From Candidatus Eiseniibacteriota bacterium (GTDB taxonomy: Bacteria; Eisenbacteria; RBG-16-71-46): 64,000 nt of DNA. Below the pieces are notes generated by a model that was given only the letters and a program-made list of their open reading frames with translations, ran no database searches and was not told the origin of the DNA. The DNA is taken from the NCBI GenBank assembly GCA_963717935.1, contig CAVQXP010000004.1, positions 1,472,001 to 1,536,000 of the forward strand, given 5' to 3'. A program made the translations under genes and the position numbers. Positions 60,782 to 64,000 of this stretch are shown in pieces (position 1 is the first letter of the stretch; every line of letters starts with the position of its first letter).

Positions 60782-63035
60782 ATGTCCCTCGAGATCGCGC
60801 GGACGCTCTACGCGAGCATGCCCGGCCGCTTCGCGGAGGCTCGGAAGCGCTTCGGACGCCCCCTCACCTTCACCGAGAAGATCCTGGTGGCCCACGCGGA
60901 CGATTTCGCCGCGCAGGACTGGAGCCGGGGCCACGCCATGCTGGCCCTGCGTCCCGACCGGGTCGCCATGCAGGACGCCACCGCCCAGATGGCGCTGCTG
61001 CAGTTCATGCAATCGGGACGCGAGCGCGTGGCCGTCCCCAGCACGATCCACTGCGACCACCTGATCCGCGCCCGCACGGGCGCGGCGGAGGATCTGTCCA
61101 GGGCGCTGGGCGAGAACCGCGAGGTCTACGCGTTCCTCTCGTCGGCGGCGCGCAAGTACGGCATCGGGTTCTGGAAGCCCGGTGCGGGGATCATCCACCA
61201 GGTGGTGCTCGAGAACTACGCCTTCCCCGGCGGTCTGATGATCGGGACCGATTCGCACACCCCCAACGGCGGTGGTCTCGGCATGCTCGCGGTCGGGGTG
61301 GGCGGCGCCGACGCCGGCGAGGTCATGGCCGGCCTCGCCTGGGAGGTGCTCGCCCCGAAGCTCATCGGCGTGCGGCTGCGCGGCCGGCTCTCGGGGTGGA
61401 CCTCGCCCAAGGACGTCATCCTGCGGCTCTGCGGCCTGCTCACGGTCAGGGGCGGGACCAACCAGGTGCTCGAGTTCTTCGGCGAGGGCGCGGCCTCGAT
61501 CTCCTGCACCGGCAAGGCGACGATCACGAACATGGGCGCCGAACTGGGGGCCACGGGCTCGGTCTTTCCCTTCGACGGGAGGATGGAGTCGTACCTGCGG
61601 CAGACCGGGCGTGCCGGCCTCGCCGACCTCGCCGCTGCGAACCGCGCCCTGCTCGGTCCCGACCCCGAGGTCCTCGACGCCCCCGAGCGCTTCTACGACG
61701 AGATCGTGGACGTGGACCTCTCGGCGCTGGAGGCCCAGATCGTGGGTCCGCACACGCCGGACCTGACGCGGCCGGTGTCGCGCATGGGCGCCGACGCGAA
61801 GGAGCACGGCTATCCGGTCGAGTTGCGCGCGGCGCTCATCGGGTCGTGCACCAACTCCTCGTACGAGGACATGAGCCGCGCCGCGGCCGTGGCGCGGCAG
61901 GGGCTTGCCGCCGGGCTCCGGGCACGCATCCCGCTCTACATCACGCCCGGCTCGACCCGGATCTACGACACCGTCGAGCGCGACGGCATGCTCGACACCT
62001 TCCGCCAGATGGGGGCGACCGTGCTGGCCAACGCCTGCGGCCCCTGCATCGGGCAGTGGAGCCGCGCCGACGCCGTGCCCGGGCGCGTGGATTCGATCGT
62101 CTCGTCGTTCAACCGCAACTTCCCCGGGCGCAACGACGGGATGGCCGAGACCATGTCGTTCCTCGCCAGTCCCGAGATCGTCACCGCCCTGGCCTTCGCC
62201 GGTCGCCTTGACTTCGACCCGCTGAACGGCGCGCTCGAGACCGCGAGCGGGGCGCCGCTGCGCTTCTCCGCGCCACGGGGCGAGGAGCACCCCCCGCGCG
62301 GCTTCGCCGAGGGCGACGAGGGCTATGTCCCGCCCGCGGCCGTGGGCGAGAGCGTCGAGATCGAGCTCGCACCCGACAGCGAGCGCATCCGGCGGCTCGA
62401 GGCCTTCCCCCGCTGGGACGGGAAGGACTTCCGGGACCTCCCGGTCCTGATCAAGACGCAGGGCAAGACCACGACCGACCACATCTCGCCGGCGGGGGCG
62501 TGGCTGCGCTACCGCGGCCACCTCGACCGGATCAGCGACAACGTGTTCCTCGGTGCGACCAACGCCTTCGCGAGCGAACGGGGCCGGGGGACCGACGTCC
62601 TTGCCGGGGAGTCGGGTCTCGGCATCGCCGAGATCGCCCGGCGCTACAAGGCACAGGGGCTGGGCTCGGTGGTCATCGGCGACGAGAACTACGGCGAGGG
62701 CAGCAGCCGCGAGCACGCGGCCATGTCCCCGCGCCACCTCGGCGTGAAGGTGGTCATCGCGCGCTCCTTCGCGCGCATCCACGAGACCAACCTCAAGAAG
62801 CAGGGCATCCTCCCGCTGGTCTTCGCCGACGCGGCCGACTGGGAGCGGATCGAGCGCGACGACCGCGTCAGCGTCATCGGCCTGGCGGCATCTGGCTCCC
62901 GGGCGGCCCGTCCGCGTCGCGATCGTGAAGCCCGATGGCCGCAATCTCGAGTTCGAGACCCGGCACAGCCTCACCGCACGGCAGATCGACTGGTTCAGAG
63001 CCGGCTCGGCCCTGAACGCGCTCCAGCATGGTTGA
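60782..63035 (+). CDS. Aconitate hydratase, mitochondrial-like type (apparent +1 frameshift near 62890)
   Basis: DRVAMQDATAQMA, HCDH, GSCTNSS, CGPCIG, NYGEGSSREHA; C-terminus QIDWFRAGSALN lies in a shifted frame, stop at 63033-63035. Confidence 0.9.
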
Positions 63036-63053
63036 GAAAGGCCGGGACCCCCC

Positions 63054-64000
63054 ATGACGACCTTCGAGAAGCTGAAGCCTCCGGTGAACGGCGAGCGCAT
63101 CACCCTGGAGGCCGACGGCAGGCTGCGCGTTCCCGACCGGCCCGTGCTCCTCTTCATCGAGGGCGACGGCACCGGCCCCGACCTCTGGCGCGCCGCGGTG
63201 CGCGTCCTCGACGCGGCCGTCGAGCGGGCCTACGGTGGCCGGCGCCGGATCGAGTGGTTCGAGGTCTACGCGGGGGAGAAGTCGAACCAGGTCTACGGGC
63301 CCGGCACCTGGCTGCCCGAGGAGACGCTCGCGGCGTTCCGCGAGTACCGCGTGGGCATCAAGGGCCCGCTCACCACGCCCGTCGGGGGCGGCATCCGCAG
63401 CATCAACGTCGCGCTGCGCCAGCAGCTCGACCTCTATGTCTGCCTGCGACCGGTGCGCTGGTACCGCGGCGTGCCCTCGCCCGTGCGCAAGCCGCAGAAC
63501 GTGGACATGGTGATCTTCCGCGAGAACACCGAGGACATCTACGCCGGCATCGAGTGGGAGGCGGGCACCCCCGAGGTCGCGAAGGTCGTCGAGTTCCTGG
63601 TGCGGCAGATGGGCGTGAAGCAGATCCGCTTCCCCGGGACCTCGAGCATCGGGATCAAGCCCGTGAGCGAGGAGGGCACGAAGCGCCTGGTGCGCGCCGC
63701 CCTGCGCTGGGCGCTTGCCCACGGCCGCCGGAGCCTGACGCTCGTCCACAAGGGCAACATCATGAAGTTCACCGAGGGCGGCTTCCGCAGGTGGGGTTAC
63801 GAGGTCGCGAAGGCCGAGTTCGGCGCGCAGACCGTGTCCTGGGAGGAGTGCGGCGGGGACCCGCCGGCCGGGAAGCTCCTCGTCAAGGACGCCATCGCCG
63901 ACAGCTTCCTGCAGCAGATCCTGACGCGCCCGGCCGAGTACGACGTGGTCGCCACCACGAACCTGAACGGTGACTACATCTCGGACGCGCTCGCGGCCCA
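63054..64000 (+). CDS. icd: NADP-dependent isocitrate dehydrogenase (3' truncated by window edge)
   Basis: [46 protein letters not shown]; absent from ORF track. Confidence 0.93.
   Translation, partial: MTTFEKLKPPVNGERITLEADGRLRVPDRPVLLFIEGDGTGPDLWRAAVRVLDAAVERAYGGRRRIEWFEVYAGEKSNQVYGPGTWLPEETLAAFREYRVGIKGPLTTPVGGGIRSINVALRQQLDLYVCLRPVRWYRGVPSPVRKPQNVDMVIFRENTEDIYAGIEWEAGTPEVAKVVEFLVRQMGVKQIRFPGTSSIGIKPVSEEGTKRLVRAALRWALAHGRRSLTLVHKGNIMKFTEGGFRRWGYEVAKAEFGAQTVSWEECGGDPPAGKLLVKDAIADSFLQQILTRPAEYDVVATTNLNGDYISDALAA

Noticed and set aside
60782..63973. 1063-aa aconitase fusion in the ORF track
   Set aside because: Artifact of a frameshift; the tail is an off-frame reading of icd

Overview
A very GC-rich chromosomal window from a diderm bacterium (it encodes LpxR-like, Wzi-like and SLBB/Wza-like proteins). 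It is dominated by peptide uptake and catabolism genes (two OPT transporters, PepD, a POT-like MFS, an M16 pair, PepP, a Dcp-like M3 peptidase, an aromatic amino-acid decarboxylase). It also holds a Wzx/Wzy polysaccharide cluster (about 40.9-55 kb) and an aconitase-icd pair at the right end. I found no CRISPR array, transposase, integrase or rRNA. The most notable signals that the ORF track misses or does not explain are: (1) an exported thioredoxin-TPR protein with an in-frame UGA in its WUxxC motif followed by a SECIS-like hairpin, i.e. a candidate selenoprotein split into two ORFs by the track; (2) a four-gene AcpS / acetate-CoA-ligase-like / ACP / Kbl-like cassette suggesting ACP-dependent alpha-oxoamine synthesis; (3) an isolated 5' half of tRNA-Arg(CCU) next to that cassette; (4) a promoter-leader-terminator arrangement resembling an attenuator upstream of a DEAD-box helicase; (5) a NADAR-like protein with a signal peptide. 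Single-base frameshifts in the M16 pair and aconitase look like sequencing errors. All calls come from motif recognition by eye; no searches were run.
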